Of a stretch of DNA of 64,000 nucleotides, positions 49,677 to 59,614 are shown piece by piece (positions within the stretch are counted from its first letter, which is position 1; every line of letters starts with the position of its first letter). The notes beneath the pieces were generated by a model. The model did no database searches, was not told the origin of the DNA, and worked only from the letters and a program-made list of their open reading frames with translations. Origin of the DNA: an uncultured Fidelibacterota bacterium (GTDB lineage Bacteria; Fidelibacterota; Marinisomatia; Marinisomatales; Marinisomataceae). Location: positions 157,908 through 221,907 of the forward strand of contig CACBFQ010000002.1 in the NCBI GenBank assembly GCA_902538565.1, in the 5' to 3' direction. A program made the translations under genes and the position numbers.

Positions 49677-49713
49677 GCAGAATATTAACATACAAAGGGC
49701 GGAATTAAGAATT

Positions 49714-52089
49714 ATGGCGGAAGCAATTGAAATAAACTTTCCAACAGAATCGGATAAAAATCCAAAGATAGATTCAGAGTTAAAAAACCAAATCCTTGGC
49801 TTTAATGTAAAAGAGTCAATGGATCAAGATAAAGAAAGTTGTCCAGAAGAATACACAATAGATAATTATTATAAAGAAGACGATCTTGGTCGAAGCGTTC
49901 TTGAAATGAAATACCTAGCACCCGGAGAGAAAAATCCTTGGGAACTATGGAAACGTCAAGCTAAAGCTTTGGCAAGTGTTGAAAAAACACCAGAACTTCA
50001 AGATAAATGGGAAGCTGCTTTTTTTGAAGCGCTTAAGAATTTTAAATTTGTACCTGGTGGCAGAATTATGCATGGAGCTGGACGTGAAGATATCACAACT
50101 ACCCTAAATAATTGTTACGTCGTTGGAATTAAAGACGACTCTATCAAATCAATATATGATTGCGTAATACAAGAAGCCATGACATACAAATATGGTGGTG
50201 GTTGTGGACATGACTTATCTGTTCTCAGACCTGGTGGAGATGAAATTCTCGGAACTGGTGGTAATTCATGTGGTCCAGTTGGTTTCATGAATCTTTTTAG
50301 TGAAAATACTAACACCATAGCTCAACATGGTAGAAGAGGTGCAAACATGCAAACATTACGTGTTGATCACCCTGACATTGAGAAATTTATTGAAATTAAA
50401 ACAGGTGATGTTGATATGGTCAAATATTCAAATATTTCGGTCTTATTAACTGACGATTTTATGGATGCAGTTCAGTCTGATTCTGATTTTGATTTACAAT
50501 GGGGTGGAAAAACATATACCACTGTTAAAGCCAAAGAGCTGTGGATGAAAATAATCGAACATGCGCATGCAAGTGCTGAGCCAGGGCTTCTTTTTTGGGA
50601 TACAATGACCAAATATCACAATGCAGAATACTGTAGTCCATTAGTATCTACTAACCCGTGCGCAGAACAACCATTGCCGGATGGTGGATGCTGTAATTTA
50701 GGAGCACTAAATTTAGAACGTTTTGTAGATCAAGATGGTAATTTTGACTTCGACGGCTTCAAAGAAACAACTGCAATAGGTGCAAGATTTCTTGATAATG
50801 TTATCGATTACAATCTAGATCGTCACGCACTAGAAGAGCAAAAACAAAATGCCATGAATGACAGAAGAGTTGGACTCGGAATACTCGGCCTTGGTGATAT
50901 GCTCGTCAAAATGGGAATCAAGTATGATTCAGATGAAGCATTAGAAACTATTGGTAAAATCATGGAAATTCACAGAAACACTGCTTACGAAACTAGTGTA
51001 GATTTAGCCAAAGAAAAAGGTCAGTTCCCTAATTTCGATTGGGATGGATATTCACAAAGTCTATTTGTAAAAGACCTTCCAAAAAAACTACAAACAAAAA
51101 TTAAAAACAATGGAATTAGAAATTGTACTCTTACAACTGTTGCACCTACTGGTAGTGGCGCCATCGTAGCGCGAGTTACTTCTGGTGTTGAACCAATTTT
51201 TGCGACATCTTATAAAAGAAAAGTGAAGAAGAATGATAGTCTAGGTAAAGAGTTTGATACTTTTACTGTTTATCATCCAGTTGTGCAAGAAATGTTTGGT
51301 ACAGATGAAAATCTACCAGAATATGTTGTAACAGCACACAATGTTGATCCATATTTTAGAGTTAAGATGCAAGGTATAGTACAAAGATACATCGATAGCT
51401 CTATTTCATCTACTGTAAACCTTGCAGAAGAAACTACTGTAGATACTGTTGCAGACATTTACATGACTGCATACAAAGCTGACTTAAAGGGTATTACAGT
51501 TTACCGTGAAGGATCAAGAGAAGGTATCTTAATTACTGATGAAAAGTCATCAGAGAATAAAGAAGAAACATCTCAAAACGCAGAGATGAAAACCGCTCGT
51601 AATCGCCCTTCTATTACGGAAGGAAAAACTAGACGTATGCGTACTGGTGATGGAACTCTGTATGTAACAGTGAATGAAGATGAAAATGGTTTATGTGAAG
51701 TATTTACAGCTATCGGTAAAGCTGGTGGCACAGTTGCTGCTCAAACTGAGGCAATTAGTAGACTAATTTCGCTTGCATTACGCTCCGGTGTTGATCCAAA
51801 CAGTATCATCAATCAATTGAAAGGAATCAGTGGCCCAAACCCAACATGGGAAGACGGTCAACTTATCCTATCAACTCCTGATGCAATTGGAAGAGCGCTA
51901 GAAACATTTGTTAATGGCGACTCACCTTCACAGGAAAAAGAAAGCCAATTTGAAATAGCTGAAGAAAATCCACCTCTTAGTAAAGCCGGAGAATATGGTC
52001 AATATTGCAGCAAATGTGATGGAAGCGGTATTGTTAATGAAGGTGGATGCTTAGTCTGTAAAGATTGCGGCTGGTCTAAGTGCGAGTAG
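49714..52089 (+). CDS. nrdJ: Class II (adenosylcobalamin-dependent) ribonucleotide reductase
   Basis: FVPGGRIMHGAG, NPCAEQPLPDGGCCNLG active-site region, TVAPTGS, and a C-terminal Cys-rich tail (CSKCDGSG...CLVCKDCGWSKCE). Confidence 0.92.
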   Translation: MAEAIEINFPTESDKNPKIDSELKNQILGFNVKESMDQDKESCPEEYTIDNYYKEDDLGRSVLEMKYLAPGEKNPWELWKRQAKALASVEKTPELQDKWEAAFFEALKNFKFVPGGRIMHGAGREDITTTLNNCYVVGIKDDSIKSIYDCVIQEAMTYKYGGGCGHDLSVLRPGGDEILGTGGNSCGPVGFMNLFSENTNTIAQHGRRGANMQTLRVDHPDIEKFIEIKTGDVDMVKYSNISVLLTDDFMDAVQSDSDFDLQWGGKTYTTVKAKELWMKIIEHAHASAEPGLLFWDTMTKYHNAEYCSPLVSTNPCAEQPLPDGGCCNLGALNLERFVDQDGNFDFDGFKETTAIGARFLDNVIDYNLDRHALEEQKQNAMNDRRVGLGILGLGDMLVKMGIKYDSDEALETIGKIMEIHRNTAYETSVDLAKEKGQFPNFDWDGYSQSLFVKDLPKKLQTKIKNNGIRNCTLTTVAPTGSGAIVARVTSGVEPIFATSYKRKVKKNDSLGKEFDTFTVYHPVVQEMFGTDENLPEYVVTAHNVDPYFRVKMQGIVQRYIDSSISSTVNLAEETTVDTVADIYMTAYKADLKGITVYREGSREGILITDEKSSENKEETSQNAEMKTARNRPSITEGKTRRMRTGDGTLYVTVNEDENGLCEVFTAIGKAGGTVAAQTEAISRLISLALRSGVDPNSIINQLKGISGPNPTWEDGQLILSTPDAIGRALETFVNGDSPSQEKESQFEIAEENPPLSKAGEYGQYCSKCDGSGIVNEGGCLVCKDCGWSKCE

Positions 52090-52101
52090 AATAAGTAATT
52101 T

Positions 52102-52659
52102 TTACTTATCTAGAATTTCTACTTCTTTTTCTTTTTGAAGGGCATTAAGTCTTGTTATAAAAGAATCGGTCACTTCCTGAATATCATCCAAGAATGTTTT
52201 CATGTTATCTTCAGATATATTTTGTTCGTCTTCAATACGTTTAGCAGACTGAATAATCTCCCTCCTAATATTACGAACTGAAATTCTGCCGTCTTCAATA
52301 ATCTTTGAAGCTACTTTAACTAACTCTTGTCTTCTCTCAGCGGACAATGGTGGAAAAGTAATCATTATACTATTACCATTGTTGGAAGGATTAAATCCTA
52401 GATCTGACTCAAGAATAGCCTTTTCAATATCATCAATAACAGTTTTATCAAAAGGCTGAATACTAATAGTAATTGCATCTAATGCTGCAATATTTGCGAC
52501 CTGATTAAGCGGAGTTTCATTATCATAATAATTCACAAGAATGTTATTAAACATTTCTGTATTAGCTCTACCAGTCCTTATTTTACCTATTTCACTTTGA
52601 ACGAACGAAATAGTCTGTTCCATTTTTGACTTAGCAGAATCGATACTTTGATTTAACAT
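52102..52659 (-). CDS. frr: Ribosome recycling factor
   Basis: IRTGRANTEMFNNILVNYY...PLNQVANI...RNIRRE motifs. 185 aa. Confidence 0.95.
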   Translation of the reverse strand: MLNQSIDSAKSKMEQTISFVQSEIGKIRTGRANTEMFNNILVNYYDNETPLNQVANIAALDAITISIQPFDKTVIDDIEKAILESDLGFNPSNNGNSIMITFPPLSAERRQELVKVASKIIEDGRISVRNIRREIIQSAKRIEDEQNISEDNMKTFLDDIQEVTDSFITRLNALQKEKEVEILDK

Positions 52660-52662
52660 GTT

Positions 52663-53265
52663 CTAATTTGATTGTTCACCTAGAGCAAATCTTACAAATC
52701 TATTAATTGTAATATTTTCTCCAAGTTTTGCTACAGCTTCTTGAACTAATTGAGAAATAGTCATATCAGGGTTTTTTACAAATGACTGATGAACAAGACA
52801 ATTATCCTCAATAAATTTATTTAACTTACCTTCAACAATTTTTTCAACAACATTTTCAGGCTTTCCTGATGATTTTGCCTGATCCATAAAAATTTCTTTC
52901 TCTTTATCGATAATATCTTGAGAAATTCCAGATTCATCAACAGCTAACGGATTTGATGCAGCTACCTGCATAGCAATTGAAGCAGCTAAATCATTGAAGC
53001 CTTCAGTTTTTGCAACAAAGTCTGTTTCACAACCAAGTTCAACTAAAACTCCTAATTTACTTCCAGGATGAATATATGAGAAAATAATGCCTTCATTAGC
53101 AGCTCTAGTTGATTTTTTTGCAGCTTTGGCAATTCCGGCTTTTCTTAAATGATCTAATGCAGCATCAAGATCACCATTTGCTTCAACTAAAGCTTTTTTG
53201 CAATCCATCATACCCGCACCGGTTCTCTCTCTTAAAGTTTTTACTAACTTAGCATCGACACTCAT
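52663..53265 (-). CDS. tsf: Elongation factor Ts (short, about 200-aa form)
   Basis: LVKTLRERTGAGMMDCKKALVEANGD UBA-like N-terminus, with ETDFVAKT. Confidence 0.9.
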   Translation of the reverse strand: MSVDAKLVKTLRERTGAGMMDCKKALVEANGDLDAALDHLRKAGIAKAAKKSTRAANEGIIFSYIHPGSKLGVLVELGCETDFVAKTEGFNDLAASIAMQVAASNPLAVDESGISQDIIDKEKEIFMDQAKSSGKPENVVEKIVEGKLNKFIEDNCLVHQSFVKNPDMTISQLVQEAVAKLGENITINRFVRFALGEQSN

Positions 53266-53269
53266 TAAA

Positions 53270-54001
53270 TTATCCTTCTTTTTCTTCTTTTTTATCTGAA
53301 ACAGATTCAGATTTATCGTCGTCTTTTTTACTAACAGAGATAATTGTATTTACAATCTCATTAACTATTAATTGAATTGTTCTAATTGAATCGTCATTTG
53401 CAGGAATCGGATAATCACAAAGCGATGGGTCTGTATTTGAGTCAACAATACAAATGATTGGTATTTCAAGCTTTTTAGCTTCTTGAATAGCAATTGATTC
53501 GGTTTTACCATCTACGATAACAATTGCATTTGGAAGCTTTTTCATATCCTTAATACCTCTATGCTGGTCAGACAGTTTAATTTTTTCTCTGTTTAACATT
53601 AAAAGTTCTTTTTTGGTTAAGTCTTCAAATATTGAAGAACCTTCTTTCTCTAAAGAATGCAATCTCTTGATACTTTTTTTAATCGTAGAAAAATTAGTAA
53701 GAGTTCCACCAAGCCATCTTTCTACAACATAGAACATTCCACATCTATCAGCCTCTTGTTGGATAACATCCTTTGCATGCTTTTTAGTGCCAACGAAAAG
53801 AATTTCTCCACTTCTTTGAACAATATTTGAAATGAAATTTAAAGCTTTGTCTAAACCTTCAAGCGTATCATCTAAATTAATGATATCAATTCCATTTTTT
53901 TGAGATACTACGAAATCTTTAAAATTTGGATCTGTTTTACTACTAACATGTCCAAAATGAGCACCTGAATTGAGTAAATCTTCTTTTGTAATTTTCTGCA
54001 T
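53270..54001 (-). CDS. rpsB: 30S ribosomal protein S2
   Basis: LLNSGAHFGH, ILFVGTKK and ERWLGGTLTNF. Start set at the ATG at 54001 (MQKITKEDL); the longer track ORF would overlap rpsI. Confidence 0.92.
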   Translation of the reverse strand: MQKITKEDLLNSGAHFGHVSSKTDPNFKDFVVSQKNGIDIINLDDTLEGLDKALNFISNIVQRSGEILFVGTKKHAKDVIQQEADRCGMFYVVERWLGGTLTNFSTIKKSIKRLHSLEKEGSSIFEDLTKKELLMLNREKIKLSDQHRGIKDMKKLPNAIVIVDGKTESIAIQEAKKLEIPIICIVDSNTDPSLCDYPIPANDDSIRTIQLIVNEIVNTIISVSKKDDDKSESVSDKKEEKEG

Positions 54002-54005
54002 ACTT

Positions 54006-54404
54006 TTATCTTTTTGAGAATTGGAACTTCTTTCTAGCTCCTGGTTGACCATATTTTTTTCTTTCAACTTCTCTTGCATCTCTGGTTAACAAACCATGTG
54101 ATTTAAGTTGAGATCTGAATTCTTCATCTATTTTTAATAATGCCCTAGCAATACCTAATTGAATTGCTCCAGCTTGACCAGTTAAACCACCACCTTGAAC
54201 ATTGATTTTAATGTCATATTTACCTTTTAAATTTAAAACTTCAAGGGGCTTTACTGCATGAATTACCAATGACTCTCTTTTTAAATAAGAATTAATATCA
54301 TCTGAAACGTTATTAATAGAAAACTTTCCTTTTCCATCTGAAAGATAAACTCTAGCAGTTGAATTCTTTCTTCTTCCAACGCCATTAAAATATTCTTTAT
54401 TCAT
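54006..54404 (-). CDS. rpsI: 30S ribosomal protein S9
   Basis: GVGRRKNSTARV, GGGLTGQAGAIQLGIARAL and a C-terminal KKFQFSKR. Confidence 0.95.
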   Translation of the reverse strand: MNKEYFNGVGRRKNSTARVYLSDGKGKFSINNVSDDINSYLKRESLVIHAVKPLEVLNLKGKYDIKINVQGGGLTGQAGAIQLGIARALLKIDEEFRSQLKSHGLLTRDAREVERKKYGQPGARKKFQFSKR

Positions 54405-54841
54405 TAATTAGAGCTCCATTCTTTAGGTTGCTGTGCTTCGTGACCGTGATTAGTATCTTTATAGATTCTAATATGCTTAGATATTTCTCTTCCAAGTTTG
54501 TTTTTAGGAAGCATACCTTTTACAGCATTAAGAACTACCTTATCAGAATCATTTTTCATTAGCTCGCTAAAACTAGCATATTTGACACCGCCAGGATATC
54601 CTGAATGTCTAAAATATTTTTTAGTTTCAGATTTGTTCCCAGTAACTCTTATCTTATCGGCATTAACAATAATCACTGCATCCCCCATGTAAATATTTGG
54701 AGAATAATCAGGACGATGTTTTCCTCTAAGAACTTGAGCTACTTCAGATGCAAACCTTCCAAGCACCTGATTAGATGCGTCAAAAAGCCACCATTGCTGG
54801 TTGATATCTTTTGCTGATATAGTTTTTGTTGTCTTTTTCAT
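54404..54841 (-). CDS. rplM: 50S ribosomal protein L13
   Basis: WWLFDASNQVLGRFASEVAQVLRGKH...GDAVIIVNADK. Start set at the ATG at 54841; the TTG extension falls inside the predicted promoter. Confidence 0.93.
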   Translation of the reverse strand: MKKTTKTISAKDINQQWWLFDASNQVLGRFASEVAQVLRGKHRPDYSPNIYMGDAVIIVNADKIRVTGNKSETKKYFRHSGYPGGVKYASFSELMKNDSDKVVLNAVKGMLPKNKLGREISKHIRIYKDTNHGHEAQQPKEWSSN

Positions 54842-54862
54842 AATTCTATAAAAATGCCCCAA

Positions 54863-54891
54863 AACTTAATCGATGTGTTCTCATTAGTCAA
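54863..54891 (-). promoter_or_regulatory. Candidate promoter of rplM-rpsI: TTGACT-N17-TAAGTT
   Basis: On the minus strand, TTGACT is the complement of 54891-54886 and TAAGTT is the complement of 54868-54863. Spacer counted as 17 nt. Confidence 0.4.
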
Positions 54892-54909
54892 TGATTAATA
54901 AAAGAGATT

Positions 54910-56205
54910 TTATATTGTGAAAAATTGGTTTTTTGAAACAATATATTTCACTCTTCCAATTAGTTCTTTTCCTAAAAATGGAGAGTTAGATGATTTCGAT
55001 AAAATATGTTCATTGGTAAATACCCATTTTTCATTCGGATCAAAAATAGTGATTTGTGCTTTACATCCAATAGAAAATAAATCTTGTTCTAAGTTCATTA
55101 CTTTTCTAGGATTTACAGTAAGCTTTTCAATTAGAGATTTTAAACTCATTCCATTTTGTTTTACCAAAACTTTGTTTACAGCACCAAAACAGGACTCTAG
55201 TCCAATCATGCCAAATTCAGCATCATTAAAAGTCGTTTCTTTATCTTCGATAGTATGAGGCGCGTGGTCTGTAGCGATACAATCAATAAGGCCTGATTTA
55301 ATACCCTCAATTAATGCTTTTCTGTCATTTTTTCCTCTGACAGGAGGAGCAACTTTTAAACTTGTATCAAATGCATTAACATCTTCATCGATAAAAAATA
55401 AATGATGAGGAGACACTTCTGAAGTGATAAGTGAATTTTTCTTTTTAAATTGCTTCAATAAATCGACAGTTTGTTTGGTTGAAATATGTAATAAATGAAG
55501 TTTTGAGCTTAATGATTGAGCTAATAATAAATCTCTGTAAACCATTACAGCTTCAGCTAAGCTAGTATTACCTTTTAAACCTAGATTATTTGATGTTGTA
55601 GAAGCATTCATAACTCCATTATTTCTAAGAAGTATATCCTCAGCATGATTCATAATTGGGACATCAAGCATTTTAGCATATGTTAAAGCTAATTTCATAA
55701 ATTGCGCATTTTGTATTGGCATACCATCATCACTAAAAGCAATGGCACCATTTTTCTGCATCAATAACATTTCTGTTAAGTCTTCTCCCTTTAAGCCTTT
55801 TGAAACAGCACCAATAGGGAAAATATCAATTGGAAGCTTTGAACTTTTGCTAACTATATAATGAATATGTTCAGGAGAGTCAATAATAGGGTCTGTATTA
55901 GCCATAGTACAGACTTGAGTAAATCCTCCGCCCAAAGCTGCAAAAGATCCCGATTCTAAAGTTTCCTTATCTTCCCTTCCTGGTTCTCTAAAATGAGCAT
56001 GAATATCACAAAAACCATGAGTAACAACTAGACCTTTACAATCTACAACTTGATAATCTTTTCCTCTTGAAGGAATTGAGTCGCTTATGTTTGAAATTTT
56101 TCCATTTTCAACAAGAATATCGCCATTAAATGTTTTTTTGGTAAATGGATCAATTATTCTTCCAGATTTAAATAAAAGCTTCTTTGTACTCTCAGTTTCT
56201 ATCAT
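54910..56205 (-). CDS. pyrC: Dihydroorotase
   Basis: HGFCDIHAHFREPG (HxH metal site) and DCIATDHAPH. Overlaps pyrB by 4 nt. Confidence 0.9.
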   Translation of the reverse strand: MIETESTKKLLFKSGRIIDPFTKKTFNGDILVENGKISNISDSIPSRGKDYQVVDCKGLVVTHGFCDIHAHFREPGREDKETLESGSFAALGGGFTQVCTMANTDPIIDSPEHIHYIVSKSSKLPIDIFPIGAVSKGLKGEDLTEMLLMQKNGAIAFSDDGMPIQNAQFMKLALTYAKMLDVPIMNHAEDILLRNNGVMNASTTSNNLGLKGNTSLAEAVMVYRDLLLAQSLSSKLHLLHISTKQTVDLLKQFKKKNSLITSEVSPHHLFFIDEDVNAFDTSLKVAPPVRGKNDRKALIEGIKSGLIDCIATDHAPHTIEDKETTFNDAEFGMIGLESCFGAVNKVLVKQNGMSLKSLIEKLTVNPRKVMNLEQDLFSIGCKAQITIFDPNEKWVFTNEHILSKSSNSPFLGKELIGRVKYIVSKNQFFTI

Positions 56206-57131
56206 ATCTCCATATCTCCTTCACCTAAAAGTAAATAAAGAATTGACATTCTAGATGCAACTCCATTTAACACTTGATCAAGAATGACAGCATTATCTGA
56301 ATCAGCCACTTTACTATCAATTTCTACACCTCGATTCATTGGTCCCGGGTGCATAATAACTATATCTTTTTTCAATTTACTTATTCTCTCAAAAGTAAGA
56401 CCAAATTCGCTATGATATTCTCTTTTTGATGGAATCCTTCCTAAATGCATCCTTTCTAACTGAATACGTAAAGCTATAACTGCATCACACCAATTGAGAA
56501 CTTCATCTAAATTGTATGTAATATTTATTCCAAGTTTTTTTGCATCGTTTGGTAATAAAGTACTTGGACCACAAACTACAACCTCTGCTCCAAGTTTTTT
56601 CAATGCAAAAATGTCGCTTCTAGCTACCCTACTATTTAAAATATCACCAACGATTCCAACTTTAAGACCTTTTATTTTTCCAAATTTCTCTTTAATTGTT
56701 ACCATATCAAGAATGGCTTGAGTAGGATGTTCGTGAGAACCATCGCCAGCATTAATTACTGCTCCATCAATGTATTCCGTCAATTTTAATGCAGACCCTG
56801 GATGTCCATGCCTTATTACTGCACCATCAATTTTCATGGATTCAATATTTTGTACAGTATCTTTCAATGTTTCACCCTTTTTAACACTGCTTGTTGAAGC
56901 AGAAAAATTAATACTATCAGCACCTAATCTTTTTTCAGCTAATGAAAAACTAATTTTAGTTCTAGTAGAATTTTCAAAAAACATGTTTACAACAGTTTTT
57001 CCTTGAAGAAGAATAGCTTTTCTGCTTTCTGTCTGAAGTATTTCTTTGAACTTAAATGAAGTATCGATTATTTTATTCAAATCAGAAACTGGAAAATGTT
57101 CTAGACCGATAAGATGTTTGCTTTTTAGCAT
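56202..57131 (-). CDS. pyrB: Aspartate carbamoyltransferase catalytic subunit
   Basis: FFENSTRTKISF, HPTQAILD and HPGPMNRGVEI. Confidence 0.95.
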   Translation of the reverse strand: MLKSKHLIGLEHFPVSDLNKIIDTSFKFKEILQTESRKAILLQGKTVVNMFFENSTRTKISFSLAEKRLGADSINFSASTSSVKKGETLKDTVQNIESMKIDGAVIRHGHPGSALKLTEYIDGAVINAGDGSHEHPTQAILDMVTIKEKFGKIKGLKVGIVGDILNSRVARSDIFALKKLGAEVVVCGPSTLLPNDAKKLGINITYNLDEVLNWCDAVIALRIQLERMHLGRIPSKREYHSEFGLTFERISKLKKDIVIMHPGPMNRGVEIDSKVADSDNAVILDQVLNGVASRMSILYLLLGEGDMEI

Positions 57132-57156
57132 TTAATTCTCCAATTGTTTGCGAAAA

Positions 57157-58065
57157 TTAGTTTATTTGAATCAATTTATCAACTATATCATTTTTAGAAA
57201 TCTCATGTAAATCAAAAGAAATATCATAGGCATTTACATTAAACCATTTTTTTTGTCTTTTTGCATATTGTCTTGTTCTCACAAAAATATTTTCAATGGC
57301 TTCATTAATTGAGATTTCCTTGTTTAAAAAAGAAGAAATTTCTTTAAACCCTATGTAATCAATATGAGAAATATTTATTTTGCGTTGAATTATTTCTTCA
57401 ACCTCATCAATCATACCATCATCAATCATATATTTAATTCTTTTTAAAATTCTAGGATGTAACAAATCATTATGCATTTTTAAATAAACAAAATAGAAAT
57501 CATTAGCATATCTGCTATTTTTAGATGAAGCATCAAAATTTTCTGACATTGGCTTTCCAGTTGTTTCAAAGACTTCAAGAGCTCTTATTAATCTTTTTTT
57601 ATTATTTATATGAACTTTATTTGAGTAATCAGGATCTATTTTTTGAAGTGACCTAAATAATTTTTCTTTATCAATTTCATATTCTTTTTCAAGCCTGCTT
57701 CTTATATCTTCATTTGTATGACTACCTTCAAATATTCCATCTTTCAAAGACTTAAAATAAAGACCAGTACCGCCACAAAGAATTGGGGACTTATTTTTTT
57801 GAATAATCTTATCAATTTTATTATCAATTAATTCTACGTATTCTCCGGCAGATATTTTCTTATTAAGCTTCCTAAATCCTATAAGATGATGCGGTACTTC
57901 GTTTAATTGACTGGAGTCTGGTTGAGCAGTACCTATTGGAATTCCATTATAAATTTGCCTTGAATCTACACCTATAATTTCACCATCAATTTTTTTGGCT
58001 AATTCAATTGCTAAACTAGATTTTCCAATTCCAGTAGGACCAAAAATTGAAAAGATTTTTTTCAA
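57157..58065 (-). CDS. miaA: tRNA dimethylallyltransferase
   Basis: IFGPTGIGKSSLAIELA P-loop, DSRQIY and GGTGLYFKSL. Confidence 0.92.
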   Translation of the reverse strand: MKKIFSIFGPTGIGKSSLAIELAKKIDGEIIGVDSRQIYNGIPIGTAQPDSSQLNEVPHHLIGFRKLNKKISAGEYVELIDNKIDKIIQKNKSPILCGGTGLYFKSLKDGIFEGSHTNEDIRSRLEKEYEIDKEKLFRSLQKIDPDYSNKVHINNKKRLIRALEVFETTGKPMSENFDASSKNSRYANDFYFVYLKMHNDLLHPRILKRIKYMIDDGMIDEVEEIIQRKINISHIDYIGFKEISSFLNKEISINEAIENIFVRTRQYAKRQKKWFNVNAYDISFDLHEISKNDIVDKLIQIN

Positions 58066-58686
58066 TTATGCACCTGTTAATAAATAAAAAATAATAGATA
58101 CAGGAGTTAAAATTATTGTTGATAAAATAGGAATTCCTATCAAATTTAAAACAATTAATCCAATTAAAATTCTTGGTCCATAAATCTCAATGTTATAAAG
58201 TGTTCTTGGGTTTCTAACTAATAATGGAAGAATTCTTGAACCATCAAGAGGATTTAAAGGTATCAAATTAAAAATAGCTAATACAATGTTAATTTGAATA
58301 AATATTTCTAGAGGGAAAATAACCTCTTCACTAAACTGAAAGTAGAAATTTAGCCGATAAATAATTGATGCTAAACAGGCAAGAAACATGTTTGATGCAG
58401 GTCCAGCCATTGCAATCATCATCATATCAGATCTGGGATTTTTTAAATTTTGCATAACAACTGGAACGGGTTTTGCCCATCCAAAACCTAAAAAATAAAG
58501 AGCAAAAGTTCCGAAAGGATCTAAATGGTTAAAAGGGTTCAAGTTCATGCGATTCTGGTAATATGAAGTGTAGTCACCAAGAAGATATGCTACTCTCGCG
58601 TGAGCGTATTCGTGAAAAGTTAGTGCAAATAATATTGTAGGCACTAAAATCAATTGTATTTCTAATGGTAAACTTGCTATTCCCAT
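58066..58686 (-). CDS. Site-2 protease family (M50) membrane metalloprotease
   Basis: HEYAHARVA (HExxH) and NLIPLNPLDGSRI motifs in a polytopic protein. Confidence 0.8.
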   Translation of the reverse strand: MGIASLPLEIQLILVPTILFALTFHEYAHARVAYLLGDYTSYYQNRMNLNPFNHLDPFGTFALYFLGFGWAKPVPVVMQNLKNPRSDMMMIAMAGPASNMFLACLASIIYRLNFYFQFSEEVIFPLEIFIQINIVLAIFNLIPLNPLDGSRILPLLVRNPRTLYNIEIYGPRILIGLIVLNLIGIPILSTIILTPVSIIFYLLTGA

Positions 58687-58699
58687 GCATTAAAGATAA

Positions 58700-59614
58700 T
58701 TAATTCTTTTTTTTATCAAAAGCTTTCATGTACTCACTATCAATAAACTCTTTTGATAAATGAACATATATTTCTGTCGTTGAAATATCTGAATGACCAA
58801 GCAGTTTCTGAATTTCAATTAAGTTCGCCCCTCCATCAACAAGATGCGTAGCAAATGAGTGTCTGAAAGTGTGAGGAGAAACAGTTTTTGTAATGCCAGC
58901 TGCATTAACATACTTTTTGATTGATTGCCATATGGCCGCTCTAGTTAATCTTTTTCCATTATTGCTTAAAAAGACAAATTTTTGATCAGATGACTTTCTA
59001 TTAGACAGTATTTGTCTAGATTGATATAAATATTTCTCCAACCATTCCTTAGCATAAAATGTTAAAGGAATTATTCTCTCTTTATTTCCTTTACCAAAAA
59101 AACGGATTACATTAGCATCAAACTGTATATTATTTATTTTGAGTTCGCACAATTCACTAACTCTTAAACCGCAAGAATAAAGCAATTCGATAATACATCT
59201 ATCTCTTAAACCTAAGAGCTCATTATCTGTATTCTCTGATTGTTTAAATATTCTTTTAATCTCTTCAATAGATAATACTGTTGGCAACTTCTTTGATAAT
59301 TTTGGTGTATAAATGCCATTAAGTGGATTTTTTTTAATTATTTTTCTATCAATTAAATAAGAAAAATATGAAGATAGGGAAGAATATTTTCTTTTAATTG
59401 ATGTTGAAGAAATTTTACTTCGGTTTAAGTATTTGAAATATTTTTGTATTATTTCAGTTTCATTTACAATCTGTTTGAATGAAATTTTTCTTTTGACTAA
59501 ATATTTTTCAAAAGATTTGATATCAGATAAATAAGAATCTATTGTATTTGAGGAATGATTTTTTTCAATTTTTAAAACTTGAACGTAGTGCTCTAAGTTT
59601 TTAAGCATGATCAA
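58700..59614 (-). CDS. xerD: Tyrosine recombinase XerD/XerC family
   Basis: N-terminal SAM-like domain (TIDSYLSDIKSFEKYL). The catalytic domain has R...HTFRHSFATHL...LLGHSDISTTEIYVH, which is XerD-like. Confidence 0.8.
   Translation of the reverse strand: MIMLKNLEHYVQVLKIEKNHSSNTIDSYLSDIKSFEKYLVKRKISFKQIVNETEIIQKYFKYLNRSKISSTSIKRKYSSLSSYFSYLIDRKIIKKNPLNGIYTPKLSKKLPTVLSIEEIKRIFKQSENTDNELLGLRDRCIIELLYSCGLRVSELCELKINNIQFDANVIRFFGKGNKERIIPLTFYAKEWLEKYLYQSRQILSNRKSSDQKFVFLSNNGKRLTRAAIWQSIKKYVNAAGITKTVSPHTFRHSFATHLVDGGANLIEIQKLLGHSDISTTEIYVHLSKEFIDSEYMKAFDKKKN

Noticed and set aside
49430-49713. A cobalamin riboswitch or NrdR boxes upstream of the B12-dependent RNR.
   Set aside because: I found no B12-box-like GCCACTG core and no paired 16-bp NrdR-type palindromes by eye. 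The region is kept as a finding only for its unexplained hairpins. An Infernal scan would settle it.
52091-52109. Hairpin ATAAGTAA-ttt-TTACTTAT between the convergent nrdJ and frr genes, as a possible terminator.
   Set aside because: The stem is almost entirely A/T with one G-C pair and overlaps the frr stop codon, lying just after the nrdJ stop, with no clear U-tract. It is too weak to call.
54006-54079. An apparent 74-nt overlap between rpsB and rpsI, and similar 5' extensions of rplM (to 54862), alaS (to 13141), the IOR gene (to 49477) and the kinase gene (to 34745).
   Set aside because: These are artefacts of extending ORFs to the most upstream start codon. Internal ATGs give N-termini that match the conserved families and remove the overlaps.
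58700-59614. Tyrosine recombinase as the integrase of a mobile element.
   Set aside because: The sequence matches chromosomal XerD/XerC (HSDISTTEIYVH). It sits inside a co-directional housekeeping run (gcvH, M50 protease, miaA) with no flanking repeats or cargo genes.
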